IMG/VR virus record: IMGVR_UViG_3300025450_000013
Direction: 5' to 3' (one strand)
DNA: 64,000 nucleotides
From: a virus
Position 1 is the first letter of the stretch, and each line of letters starts with the position of its first letter. The translations under genes and the position numbers were made by a program. Below, in pieces: positions 46,397 to 57,113 of the stretch. The notes beneath the pieces are model-generated. The model made no database searches. It was not told where the DNA came from and saw only the letters and a list, made by a program, of their open reading frames with translations.

Positions 46397-48283
46397 TTAT
46401 CCTACTCCTGGTAAGAATGATCCATAAAGATAAGTTCCATCACAAATGAATGAGAAGATATCATGTGCACCAGCTGATGTGGATAAAGGAGGTGCAGCAG
46501 CTCCTGGCCATTTAAATGCGGTACTAAATGAAAGTGTTCTAGAACCTGTTGAATCTTGATATACATGGAGTATATATGTTCCTACTTTTAAATTGGTAGG
46601 TGTAGCGAGTGTAGCATTACCTGTGAGTGTTACAGTTGCAACTGTACCTGAAGACGTATTCCAATTAATTGTGCTTCCGTATGTCAAAGTTTGCTGTAAG
46701 AACCCTGCACCGGACATATTTATGGTTCCGGTAAAAGTTGGGCTAGAAATGGTCGGGCTAGCAAGAGGTGCATAAGTGCTTGCTGCTACTGCGCTTGATA
46801 AGAAATTAGAAGATGTCCAATTTTGAAGATATGTATTAGTTGTTTGTATGAAACTGTTAGCACTTAGTGCAACACTATTTGCTCTATTAAATGCAGCAAC
46901 AACGTTTGAGGATAATGCAATACTATCATAATTATAACCATCATTTGTTACAGACCAGAAACCTGTTGATTCAATCCATCCTAAGAATGTATTTGGGCTT
47001 GTACCACGATTGATAACTATACCTGAGTTGACAGATAAAGGTGGTGAATTGTTGGCCAATTGAGCATTAATAACAACAATGTTATCACCAATGAGCAATT
47101 GCTGACTACTAGCATACGTTGTAGCACCAGAAACGATAAGGTTACCTGCAACAGAAATATCACCAGAAATAGCACCACCACTCTTTTTGAAGTATGTTGC
47201 TGCTGAATATGAGTTGGAACTATTAGCCATGAATCCAGCATAACCGTTGGAACTATTAGACATAGCACCAGCATAGTTATTGGCTGAAATAGCAGTATTT
47301 GAAATATTATTAGCATTTGTATTTGCTTTTGCGAATACAGCATTAGTGGTTAAATAATTACTATTGCCCATAACATATGCTGCGTTAGTAACCGTAAAGT
47401 TCATGTTGGCCATTACATATGCAGCGGACAAACGGACGTTATCCGTATTTGACTGTGTAAATGCGGCGTTAGTTACCACATAGTTAGCATTGGCCATGGT
47501 ATAAGCAGAATTGATTACAACAAATTCGGAATTTGATTGGTTGAAGCAAGCAAGGTTTGTTGCAATTGTAGTAACACCCTGAGAGTTAAGAGCATTACAA
47601 AAAGCGAGAGCAATATTTGCTTGATTATATCCTAGGTTTGCTGTGGTATACGATGAATTAGTTGTGATAAAATTGATATTTACAGAATTGTATGCTGCGG
47701 TAAGTCTTACGTTATCCGTATTTGACTGTGTAAATACGGAATTGGTTACGACATAATTTGCATTGGCCATAATATATGCTGAATTAACCACCACATAAGC
47801 AGAGTTAGAACTTGTATAAGCAGCATTAGTAACCGTAAAGTTCATGTTGGCCATTACATAGGCCGCAGACAAACGGACGTTATCTGTATTAGATTGCCCA
47901 AATACGGAATTGGTTACCACATAGTTAGCATTACCCATGGTATATGCTGCATTGATTACACCAAATGCTGAGTTTACTGCATTATAAGTAGCATTGGTTA
48001 AAAGATAACCAGAATTAGCGGTTCTATATGAAGAATTGGTTACATCAAAGGCTGCATTTGTTAATGTATAAGCAGAATTGGTGGTATCAAAAGCAATATT
48101 AGTTACTACGTAGTTAGCATTAGCCATTGTATAACAGGCGTTTGTAGTATCAAAAGCAATATTAGTTGTGTCAAAAATCAGATTTGCAAATGCGTTCAAC
48201 TCACCAGCATATAAAATTACCTGGTTTGTTTTAGAAAGCCAGGTACCAAATGTATCAGTTAGGTTAACGTTTGCGATTCCCAT
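46397..48283 (-). CDS. Tail fibre-like virion protein
   Basis: V.LTDTF.TW..KTN start; AY.MANANYVVTN repeats; C-terminal QD.TGSRTL...KWPG..AP.LST domain. Confidence 0.75.
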   Translation of the reverse strand: MGIANVNLTDTFGTWLSKTNQVILYAGELNAFANLIFDTTNIAFDTTNACYTMANANYVVTNIAFDTTNSAYTLTNAAFDVTNSSYRTANSGYLLTNATYNAVNSAFGVINAAYTMGNANYVVTNSVFGQSNTDNVRLSAAYVMANMNFTVTNAAYTSSNSAYVVVNSAYIMANANYVVTNSVFTQSNTDNVRLTAAYNSVNINFITTNSSYTTANLGYNQANIALAFCNALNSQGVTTIATNLACFNQSNSEFVVINSAYTMANANYVVTNAAFTQSNTDNVRLSAAYVMANMNFTVTNAAYVMGNSNYLTTNAVFAKANTNANNISNTAISANNYAGAMSNSSNGYAGFMANSSNSYSAATYFKKSGGAISGDISVAGNLIVSGATTYASSQQLLIGDNIVVINAQLANNSPPLSVNSGIVINRGTSPNTFLGWIESTGFWSVTNDGYNYDSIALSSNVVAAFNRANSVALSANSFIQTTNTYLQNWTSSNFLSSAVAASTYAPLASPTISSPTFTGTINMSGAGFLQQTLTYGSTINWNTSSGTVATVTLTGNATLATPTNLKVGTYILHVYQDSTGSRTLSFSTAFKWPGAAAPPLSTSAGAHDIFSFICDGTYLYGSFLPGVG

Positions 48284-48481
48284 TTACTTTACCAATCCTT
48301 TTAACAAATTCTTAATTTCTTCTATATCTTTTTTTAGTTCAGAAACATCTTCTCGTAAGATGTCCGTTTCTTTCATCTTTTGCATTTTTATTTTATATGC
48401 CTGAAGTGCATCTATATCCTTATTTATCAGAACTCCTTCACGCTCTTTGTAAATACCATGAATTTCAGTTTTTTTAGACAT
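48284..48481 (-). CDS. Small hypothetical protein
   Basis: GVLINKD...L..DIEEIKNLL; follows the VrlC-like gene. Confidence 0.65.
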   Translation of the reverse strand: MSKKTEIHGIYKEREGVLINKDIDALQAYKIKMQKMKETDILREDVSELKKDIEEIKNLLKGLVK

Positions 48482-48489
48482 GTTTCACC

Positions 48490-51400
48490 TTATAATTGTA
48501 ATGCGATTGCTCTTAGTTCGGATGCCTTTGGAACCGAAGCAGGATTATTGGCCAACAATACAATCTTAATAGCAAAGTATTGGAAGTTTGTATAAGTTGT
48601 TCCATTAAGAGTATATTGAAATTCCCCACTAGGCCCTGTCAAGACTGATGTTGGTAATACATATGAGAAGTCAATATAGTTTGATGTATCGGAAGCTGAT
48701 GAATATACCTGACCACTATTACCTTGATATGGCATTAGAATCCAAGGTTTATTATCAAAATTATCCGTATCATATTGGTTCATTAACTTACAGTAAACCA
48801 AAATATCTGTTCCCGGTGGGCGATAGTTGGTTAGATAAACATTCAAGTCATTAGCCGCTTGACCTGGAGCAAGTGTAATTGTTTCTGAAATATATTTATT
48901 AAGTGCTGAACCACCTCTTGGATTAGTTTCACCTGTTGCATCAGCATTAACTAGATTATCAATAAGAACAGAATATGTTGAAGACAAATCTAATAAAGGA
49001 GATGTATATATTGAGTTGCTTTCAAATTGAACTTGAACTTTATTTGAACGATTACCAGATAATGCGGATGATTCCAATGATTTGGAATAAATTTGCATTT
49101 CGTTTTTAAAGAATGTTGCAGAAGAATCTGTAACATTAACATACCCATTGTCACTCAAAGCACCTACTTGATAAGTATCCATAGCATATTGAGAACCTGT
49201 TTTAGTAAAATTCAGAATATCAGGCTGGAATTGAGCACCGGAATATGTGTAATTTAAAATATCCGTGATTTTGGCATGAAATGCATATCCACCAGACCTT
49301 GTGTCTTGTATCCAATCACCTACTTTGAAACCACCTGTTGAGTGTGACATTTCAACATAGACATTGGAATAATTATCATTATAGAATGTCAATACTGCTG
49401 AATTATTGGCAATTCCTGCTACGATACCCTGACCACCGGATGTAGCAGTTACTTTCTCACCCAACTGATAACGAGTATTGGATGTTTGATAATTGGATCC
49501 ACTAACCGAAATTAATTGGCCTGCTGCGGTAGCACCAGAAACGTTTCCTGTTAGAGTATCTCCTACCGTAATAGTTCCACTTACGCCTGATAATGTTAAT
49601 GTATCACCCGACACAAAATGGTCATTAATAAGGCTACCAAATGATGCACTGACATCCGAAAGATACCATTTCTCAATACCTTGTTCACCTAAGGTACATG
49701 TTGCAACACCTTGATTAAATGTGGCTGTATAAACGTTAATAGTAAGGTCGGTATCTGTAATGAGATTCCATGTGATATTATCATTTGTAAAATAGAAATT
49801 TCCGTATTGCTGTCTGTTATTGAAAGAAGCGCCGTTATTTCTATCTTGTTGACCTAATTGAGCCACCCATAAGTATGTGTCAGGGTCAACAAGACCTCCT
49901 GCTCCAGCAGTACCGTGTATTGTAAATGCATAAGAACGGTTATTATTTAAGAATACCGGATAAGGGAATCTTATTTGTAATGGATTGTTAATACCATTAG
50001 TAGATACTGGAATATCTGCATTTTTAATATAAACATAACTTCCAGGTAATTGTGTATTAGTAATCTGCCCTGCTGCATCCAATGTTCTAATTTCAAACCA
50101 AAGGTCTCTAGTGGCTGATTTTGCCTGAACAAACACATCATAACCTAAGCAATAAACACCTTCTTCATCGGATGGAACTTTGATATTAACATTATAAGCC
50201 ATACAACAGTTATGAACCACATAACCTTCGACGATATATGTGGAGTCACCGCTAAGTGTTAGATCGTAAACTGTGTAGTCTGGATCAAAGTCAACGATTT
50301 CGGTACCTAGTGTTTTATAATCAACAAATTTAAAGTTGATCTTGTCATCTGACTCCATGTCAACAATTTTTAGTTTATCAAGTGGATCAATACCCTCTTC
50401 ACGGTTTTCACCTTCGAGAATATGCTGGTTGGTACCATTCTTTCTAATGACACTCTTTGGATCCCAAGTTTTCCAACCCTTGTCAGTTAGGAAGATGTGA
50501 TCGTCTGTGGCATAGAATCCTTCCTGGAACTTAACCATCTTACGGTCACCGACGTTAATTGTCCTTGACTTCATAACGGTATTAATGTCACCATTCGCAC
50601 CGATTACCTTTTCACCAATATTAACATCAGAGATCGGTTTCCAGGTCTTGTCGGCCATCAACACCTTTGCTTCTGGATTGAAGCAGGAGTAAGGAGGAGG
50701 CGTTGTATTGACGATAGTGGTGTTAGCATATGATAGATAGCTTTGTTGCAAAGGAGTTGAGGTATATTGAACTGAATTAGTTGAATATACCGTTTCTTGT
50801 AAAGTTTGTTGTGTTCCTTGTGCAAAGAAATATGCTTGTGCCCATGTGGTAACATCTTGAGCAACAGAAAGAGTTCCTGGATTAAGAGCCAAATCATCTT
50901 GAATGAGCATAACCCTTTGACCTGTTTGGAATTTAGGTGTTCCGGGATTCTTTACTGTATCAAAAATCTTAAAAGAAAAATAAAGTGTTCCATCAGGATT
51001 AACAATAAGAGGATCACCCATTTTAGCCCATCCACTAGTCGATAACAATGTAGAAACTTGTGGATTCTGGACACCAGCTGTTGTGTATGTGTTCACCCTA
51101 GAAACAGCATTAAATTGTTCTTCGGTAAGAGGTGTGCAGTATGCATCAACATGTACCGTGTCAAAAAAAGAATACATACGACTATTTGGTTTTAAATTAG
51201 AAACATTAACAATAATATCTTGTGGTTGAATATATGGTATAATAGAAGTATCAATAACATTATAACCACCAACAGCTTGACCGCTTTGATAGGTAACAAA
51301 GTTACTTGCACCAATTCGGTCATTTTCGGTGGTTTGAACTATAGTAGCACCACCTTTTCCGTAACTATGAACCCAAGTATCTACATAACTTGCAGCATCG

Positions 51401-54400
51401 GCATAGGTTGAGAACGTTTTAGATGGTTCATTTGTTGCTGCCCATCCTGTACCATAAACGGTATAACCAGTAATAAACTGAGTCCAAGCACCCCAAGTTT
51501 CACCTAACCACTGTGTTGTTTGAACTGCGGTAGAAACAGGAACTGCTGGACCTGTACCAACAGTTACGTCGATGAGTGCACCTTGTGATGTTATGTTGAC
51601 GTATTGATCTGGAGCATACTGAGTATCAACCCAAACGTCATCGGATGGGTTCAATGTCATTCTACCAACATAATAATAAGCGTTTCTTTCCAAATTCATC
51701 CATCTTGTTACCCAAGGCTGGCTAAAATATTGATTTTCTGTATATGTAAAAGTAATCTTACCATTACTCATTACTGTTTCAGAACCACCCAAATAATCGT
51801 AGTAAATTGGCTTAGATGAATAAATTGGTCTGATACACAACTCAATAGGATCAAATGAAATCCTCATATCAGGGTTTGTTAATATAGCTGATGAAGAGGA
51901 ATCTTTAAAATTATCAACAAAAATACCATTCTTAAACCTGTTTAATCCATTAGCATTGGTAATATTCATATTGATTGCTGAGGATTCTAACAATGTCAAT
52001 GAAGCATAGTATTCTAGATTAGAGATACGGTTATCAAGGATACCAAGGTCTCTCATAGTATAAATTTTTGTTGAAACTGTCTGTACCGAACATGCAAGGT
52101 CCTGACGGCCTATTAGGTTACCATATGCTGGTGACAATGATGGATACGGAGCCAAACTAATAATAGCAATAGCCATCTGTGTATCAAGGGCTGTTGGTGG
52201 AACCGGAGTGACCGCAGGAGTTCCTTTCAATACAGATAGAACACCATTTTTATTACCAACAAGAACATCTTGACGACCAAGATAATATGAATAACTGTAT
52301 GTTAGCTGTGTTGATGGAACAGGGAAAAACAATTCATTTGAATAATAGAATGATGTTGATTTTATAGGATTAACCGATAATGATGGTGAAGAAGCAGATG
52401 TAACATCATTAGCAATATTTAATTTTACAGGTCTAAAATCCAAATAGTTTCTTAGATCATATGATTTTCTATATGATGGAGAAATATAAATTGGAATTTG
52501 TTCTGTTCTAATAGCATTTGTTGGTGTAGGAACAGTAAAGTCATCGATGTTATAAGAGTCGATGGTAAAATAACCTGAGTAATTACCGAAGTTTGGTAAG
52601 AAGTAATCAAAATAAACCAAGAGATAATCACTAGCACCTGGTACAAATCCTGCAATAGGAACAATACTTGCTGTGTCATACATTGTATCTCTTTGGCCAT
52701 TATCTAATTTAAAATACGATGTGACATCTGTACCATCGTTCAGACTAGTAGGTTGAGAACCTGACTTTCTAATAACATTTCTAATTTTGTAAACATCTGA
52801 GAATCCTAATGGATATGGACCTGTTATACCATTAGGATGTGAACCAACGCTGATAAGAACATATCTTCCAGGTGTTAAAGTTTTAGGAACTTCTTGAATG
52901 CCTTCAGTAGCCATTCTATAAGTAACTGTTACAGGAACAGTATTTGAATAACCTTCTTGCATATCAATCAGTAATGTTGTTGGTGTTGCAATAACAACTC
53001 TTTGTAGTCCGTTTCTGACACCGACACCGTTTAGATTAGCAATATCACCAGTTTTATATGCTTTAAAGATACTGTTGGTCGTCACTGTTGCAGGAACAGG
53101 AGCAGAAAGTGTCATAACACTATCATTAGCAATTGCTGTGATATAATAAGTGTTTGATAGACCTGTAATCTCAACTTTATCACCAACATTTAGATAGGTA
53201 AAATATGTTGAAACACCGTGAATAGTGGTACAAGCACTACCAAGGGTAGAAACTGTGGCTCCGCCCCACAAAGGACCAATGTTTGTTGATGCTTGGTATG
53301 TTAGTATGATATCATCTGCTATTTCTGTCTCAGAAAGATAACCATTTCCGTAAGGAAGAGTTTGCGTACCTGATAGACCGGTTGCAATTGTAAGTGAAAC
53401 ATTACCAAAAGTTGTTAAAGATAAAGATGATCCTGTTTGATTATAGTAATAAGTTACAGAACCTCCACCATCAACGTTACGAACTGTTTTTGTTGATGAT
53501 GAACCAACATAGTATAACAAAGGTTGAGGATATGTAGCTTGAATAACAGTATTGGCTGTTCCAAATGTAGCACCAACAATATCAGCACCTGAATGAGCAC
53601 CACTACCAATATAATATAAACTTAAAACTTGTGAGAAATTATAACCTGAGTTCATGGTGATGTCGGTCAAATAGACATTATAGACCGCATCATATCCTTT
53701 TGTACCAGAAACATATTCAACAGATGATACAATTGCAGAACCGATCTGATTACCTACTACAGCACCAGTTGACCATTTCTGACCGTATGGTGCTCCACCA
53801 TTAGTAATTCTTTGGTTCGGTGTATCGTAGAAATAAACTCTAGAACCTACGTCAGCATACCATGTACCAACAAACTCATTAACTGTTACATATTGTCCCA
53901 TAGCTGTTGATGATACTTGAATACCAACATTTTGATAATCTAGTGGCTTGGTAATTGTAATATCATATTTTCCAGGATTGGTTAGTGAATAACCTTTTAC
54001 ATATGCTCTACCAGCACTTACAGAGGTAATCAACAAGTCCGTATTACCACCTTGTGCAGGTGTATAACGACCATTATTGACACCATTATTTTCATGTTCT
54101 TGTAACTGAACACCTAACCCACTAACAACAAAGTCACCATCAACGTCATACATTCTTTGTGCCATAGCATCATTAATACTATTGAACTGAGTTTGATCAT
54201 TTAAGATTTGAATGTTGCCGTTTGCAATAGCAAATAATGTAATAAAATCGGCAGGTGGTGTTGTTCCATATGGAAGGACTGTTAATTCTGGATCTAATCT
54301 TAGACGGTCGGCACCTGGTGCACCATAGTTTGATGACTGTAATGCAGGATCTAATAGGGAAGAATCTGTAGAAGATGTTACGATATCTTCATATACGTAG

Positions 54401-55116
54401 AAACCAACAAGAGAAGATGGATTTGGATTATATCTCTCAAGGATTGTTGACTGAGTTGGAAAGTATATAAAGTGGTCTTTAGCAAAGAATACACCTTCTG
54501 AAATCTCAAACCAAGAAGCATAGCCTGTGTTAGCAACAGGGTCATTATCCAATACAATAGCAGTGGTTATTGTATTTGCTATTGTTAAAGTTTCACCAGC
54601 TGGAAATACTCGTTGCTGAGAATTTGCGGATGAAGCAGTGAGATACTGAACATATAATGTTTTGGTATTTGTAGATGTACCATCAGTATCTAATACTGTG
54701 ATAACCTGAGCAGAAATATTACTGGATGCGCCTGTTACTGTCTGACCGATAAAGGTCTGAACGTTTACGGTATTACCTAAAGGAGTTGTATTTTTAATTT
54801 TAACATAAGGAAGTGGATTACCTTTTACATCTCCGTAATTTGATCGGATATTAAAAGCACCAGGAATAATGATAGAACCGTCTTTGTAGATATTTGTACC
54901 AAATCGTTTGATCTGGCTTTGTATCATTGTCTGTAATTGTGTTAGTTCACGGGCCTGAACTGAATAACCAGGTTTAAAAAGGATGCGATAGTATTCTTTT
55001 GCTGGATCGTAGTCATCATAATAAGGTAGAACGTTAAAATTGGTTGACAAACTACTTTGAATCTGGTTTGCAGAATTTGAATATGTATTTGCACCGTTAA
55101 AATCTGTGAATGACAT
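48490..55116 (-). CDS. Large virion structural protein (VrlC/DUF4815-like), intein-containing
   Basis: PYYDDYD...YYRILFKPGYSVQARELTQLQ, APGADRL, GRAYVKGY, YTMRDLG.L..RI.NLEYY.SL..LE, RFKNGIFVDNF, LRAIALQ. Confidence 0.9.
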   Translation of the reverse strand: MSFTDFNGANTYSNSANQIQSSLSTNFNVLPYYDDYDPAKEYYRILFKPGYSVQARELTQLQTMIQSQIKRFGTNIYKDGSIIIPGAFNIRSNYGDVKGNPLPYVKIKNTTPLGNTVNVQTFIGQTVTGASSNISAQVITVLDTDGTSTNTKTLYVQYLTASSANSQQRVFPAGETLTIANTITTAIVLDNDPVANTGYASWFEISEGVFFAKDHFIYFPTQSTILERYNPNPSSLVGFYVYEDIVTSSTDSSLLDPALQSSNYGAPGADRLRLDPELTVLPYGTTPPADFITLFAIANGNIQILNDQTQFNSINDAMAQRMYDVDGDFVVSGLGVQLQEHENNGVNNGRYTPAQGGNTDLLITSVSAGRAYVKGYSLTNPGKYDITITKPLDYQNVGIQVSSTAMGQYVTVNEFVGTWYADVGSRVYFYDTPNQRITNGGAPYGQKWSTGAVVGNQIGSAIVSSVEYVSGTKGYDAVYNVYLTDITMNSGYNFSQVLSLYYIGSGAHSGADIVGATFGTANTVIQATYPQPLLYYVGSSSTKTVRNVDGGGSVTYYYNQTGSSLSLTTFGNVSLTIATGLSGTQTLPYGNGYLSETEIADDIILTYQASTNIGPLWGGATVSTLGSACTTIHGVSTYFTYLNVGDKVEITGLSNTYYITAIANDSVMTLSAPVPATVTTNSIFKAYKTGDIANLNGVGVRNGLQRVVIATPTTLLIDMQEGYSNTVPVTVTYRMATEGIQEVPKTLTPGRYVLISVGSHPNGITGPYPLGFSDVYKIRNVIRKSGSQPTSLNDGTDVTSYFKLDNGQRDTMYDTASIVPIAGFVPGASDYLLVYFDYFLPNFGNYSGYFTIDSYNIDDFTVPTPTNAIRTEQIPIYISPSYRKSYDLRNYLDFRPVKLNIANDVTSASSPSLSVNPIKSTSFYYSNELFFPVPSTQLTYSYSYYLGRQDVLVGNKNGVLSVLKGTPAVTPVPPTALDTQMAIAIISLAPYPSLSPAYGNLIGRQDLACSVQTVSTKIYTMRDLGILDNRISNLEYYASLTLLESSAINMNITNANGLNRFKNGIFVDNFKDSSSSAILTNPDMRISFDPIELCIRPIYSSKPIYYDYLGGSETVMSNGKITFTYTENQYFSQPWVTRWMNLERNAYYYVGRMTLNPSDDVWVDTQYAPDQYVNITSQGALIDVTVGTGPAVPVSTAVQTTQWLGETWGAWTQFITGYTVYGTGWAATNEPSKTFSTYADAASYVDTWVHSYGKGGATIVQTTENDRIGASNFVTYQSGQAVGGYNVIDTSIIPYIQPQDIIVNVSNLKPNSRMYSFFDTVHVDAYCTPLTEEQFNAVSRVNTYTTAGVQNPQVSTLLSTSGWAKMGDPLIVNPDGTLYFSFKIFDTVKNPGTPKFQTGQRVMLIQDDLALNPGTLSVAQDVTTWAQAYFFAQGTQQTLQETVYSTNSVQYTSTPLQQSYLSYANTTIVNTTPPPYSCFNPEAKVLMADKTWKPISDVNIGEKVIGANGDINTVMKSRTINVGDRKMVKFQEGFYATDDHIFLTDKGWKTWDPKSVIRKNGTNQHILEGENREEGIDPLDKLKIVDMESDDKINFKFVDYKTLGTEIVDFDPDYTVYDLTLSGDSTYIVEGYVVHNCCMAYNVNIKVPSDEEGVYCLGYDVFVQAKSATRDLWFEIRTLDAAGQITNTQLPGSYVYIKNADIPVSTNGINNPLQIRFPYPVFLNNNRSYAFTIHGTAGAGGLVDPDTYLWVAQLGQQDRNNGASFNNRQQYGNFYFTNDNITWNLITDTDLTINVYTATFNQGVATCTLGEQGIEKWYLSDVSASFGSLINDHFVSGDTLTLSGVSGTITVGDTLTGNVSGATAAGQLISVSGSNYQTSNTRYQLGEKVTATSGGQGIVAGIANNSAVLTFYNDNYSNVYVEMSHSTGGFKVGDWIQDTRSGGYAFHAKITDILNYTYSGAQFQPDILNFTKTGSQYAMDTYQVGALSDNGYVNVTDSSATFFKNEMQIYSKSLESSALSGNRSNKVQVQFESNSIYTSPLLDLSSTYSVLIDNLVNADATGETNPRGGSALNKYISETITLAPGQAANDLNVYLTNYRPPGTDILVYCKLMNQYDTDNFDNKPWILMPYQGNSGQVYSSASDTSNYIDFSYVLPTSVLTGPSGEFQYTLNGTTYTNFQYFAIKIVLLANNPASVPKASELRAIALQL
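50209..50685 (-). mobile_element. Mini-intein (Hint domain, 159 aa) in the VrlC-like protein
   Basis: Block A CFNPEAKVLMAD, block B ATDDHIFL, block F VYDLTL, block G VVHN followed by Cys+1; no endonuclease domain. Confidence 0.85.
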
Positions 55117-55131
55117 TTTCTATCTATCCTT

Positions 55132-56454
55132 TTAGAAACTTAGAACTATTTTGAAATCTTCATTTTGATCTGTAGCACGTTCAATGGATGTGATGTTGTC
55201 CTTATATAGGATATACCCCTTATAAGGTTGACAGTCAGGTTGTTGTACCGAACTAAGGTATCTGGCCGCAGCAGATTTATAACCTGTTAGCAATGATGAA
55301 GTTGGAGTACCTTGAATATTATTTACTTTTATTATAGAATTTGCAGAATCCCATGCAGCAACCACACCTGTAAATGTAGCATTGGCCAAGCTGGTTCCCT
55401 GATAAACTGTTTCATCTAATAAATAATTCGTTGTTGAACTACTCTGACTCAAAGTTATTGAAGTTAATTGCGAAAACGCAGTATTTGTCATAGGAGTCGT
55501 TGTACCATATACTATAGGTTCTTGTAGTAAAGAAATCTGTCTATAATTACCTTGAGTATTAATTACACCATTTTCATCACCATCTAATTGTATGTCTATC
55601 ATGACATAAGAACCACCTAATTCATATAATGCGTCAGAACCATGCCCACCTGGAGGGCTGATGATCGCTCTTGCGGTCGCACCTACACCCACAGGTGAAC
55701 TGATTGTTACATTGGCCCATGTATATCCTGAACCAAAGTTATCAACAATGACACTTTCTACCTTTTCTGTTTGAGTATTAACCATAGGATAAGCATTAGC
55801 AAAACGACCATCACCTACTATAGAAATTGAAACAATATCATCATAGACATATCCTTCACCTCCATTAGTAATTAAAATACTATTAATAGCACCAGGAACA
55901 GCGTCCAATTGAACTTGATACTGTAGAGAGTTATCATCCGATAAGATTGTTTTTACAGGCATAAAACTATCCGATAAAAATCTTTGTTGTTCATCACCCG
56001 TTAAGGTATACATGTATTTCCAAAAATATAAATCAGCAGTTTGAAAAATAATACCTGGGTTAGCAGATGTTGGTTTATAGGTAGAAGGTTGACCGTAGTT
56101 GTTAGCAATACATTTATAGACGTTGAAATCATCTGTCAAAACATAATAGGAAGTATTAGCACCTTTAGTTAAAGAATCCTGATTTTGATCATATGCAATA
56201 TATGTGGTATTTGCTGCCCAATTTATACGTGGAATAACATGTCGGACATCAGCACCATTAATAAGTTTACCACCAATCATGTTCCACCAGGTTTCATAAT
56301 AAGATGAAACTGAAGTGTTGGCCTGTGGAGGATAAAGTTCACTGTCCCAAGGAGTTTGATAACCAAATGTTAAATAGACGTTTGAGGATTCAATGCTTTT
56401 TATGAATTGTTCTGCTGTGAAAACTTCAAGGTCTTTAGAGTATGTTGATGCCAT
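55132..56454 (-). CDS. gp8: Baseplate wedge subunit
   Basis: IPRINW, YYVLT..FNVYKC..N, D.Y.WKYMY, PPGGHG.D...ELG, I.RA.DQ.ED.KIVL.F. Confidence 0.93.
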   Translation of the reverse strand: MASTYSKDLEVFTAEQFIKSIESSNVYLTFGYQTPWDSELYPPQANTSVSSYYETWWNMIGGKLINGADVRHVIPRINWAANTTYIAYDQNQDSLTKGANTSYYVLTDDFNVYKCIANNYGQPSTYKPTSANPGIIFQTADLYFWKYMYTLTGDEQQRFLSDSFMPVKTILSDDNSLQYQVQLDAVPGAINSILITNGGEGYVYDDIVSISIVGDGRFANAYPMVNTQTEKVESVIVDNFGSGYTWANVTISSPVGVGATARAIISPPGGHGSDALYELGGSYVMIDIQLDGDENGVINTQGNYRQISLLQEPIVYGTTTPMTNTAFSQLTSITLSQSSSTTNYLLDETVYQGTSLANATFTGVVAAWDSANSIIKVNNIQGTPTSSLLTGYKSAAARYLSSVQQPDCQPYKGYILYKDNITSIERATDQNEDFKIVLSF

Positions 56455-56476
56455 AATTTCTCTCTTAATTATATTC

Positions 56477-56484
56477 TATTTATA
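56477..56484 (-). promoter_or_regulatory. T4-type late promoter TATAAATA upstream of gp8
   Basis: Exact consensus. Confidence 0.7.
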
Positions 56485-57109
56485 TGCCAAATCTACCACG
56501 ATAACGACTGAAACTCTGAAAAATCTCGCTATTTGAAAGAACTTTATTATAGAATTGAATTATTCCAATCTTACCATCCATTATACTGGTAAGATTAGCA
56601 CTATTGTTTGCAGTATATCTTCCACCAATGTAAATAGGTTGGTCTGTATCGGTTGCTGAGTTAGCATGGCCAGAGGAAACGTTTGTTAGATTTCCGTTTA
56701 GATATCCTTTGATGTTTACACCATCATAGGTAAATGCACCCATAACCCAGGTATTTGCGTTTATAGTATTAGCAACCACAATCTTATTATTAGAGGTCAT
56801 TGGGCTAACAACGACTTCAAGGTTCTTCCCGTAGTTATAAAAATCATAACCCCTTGAACCATCTTTAGCAGTTTTAGATACTAGGCTTCTTCCATTACTT
56901 GCTGTATTAGCAACATAAAACCATGTAATAACTGTTAGTAAGTTTGCAACATTCATTGATGGTTGATGTGTCATAATAACAGATGAATGATTACCATCAA
57001 ACAAGATTCCACCACCATAATAGTAGGTATCATTATTCATTAGAGTAGCAGATTGGTTGGTATTAGCACTATTATACCAAACATTTGGTGAAAGTGAAGA
57101 GAATCCCAT
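56480..57109 (-). CDS. LamG/concanavalin A-like domain protein
   Basis: FDG, T...WF, W....FTYDG....YLNG, IYIGG, G.IG.IQFYNKVLS..EI...F...RGRFGI. Confidence 0.85.
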   Translation of the reverse strand: MGFSSLSPNVWYNSANTNQSATLMNNDTYYYGGGILFDGNHSSVIMTHQPSMNVANLLTVITWFYVANTASNGRSLVSKTAKDGSRGYDFYNYGKNLEVVVSPMTSNNKIVVANTINANTWVMGAFTYDGVNIKGYLNGNLTNVSSGHANSATDTDQPIYIGGRYTANNSANLTSIMDGKIGIIQFYNKVLSNSEIFQSFSRYRGRFGI

Positions 57110-57113
57110 ATGT

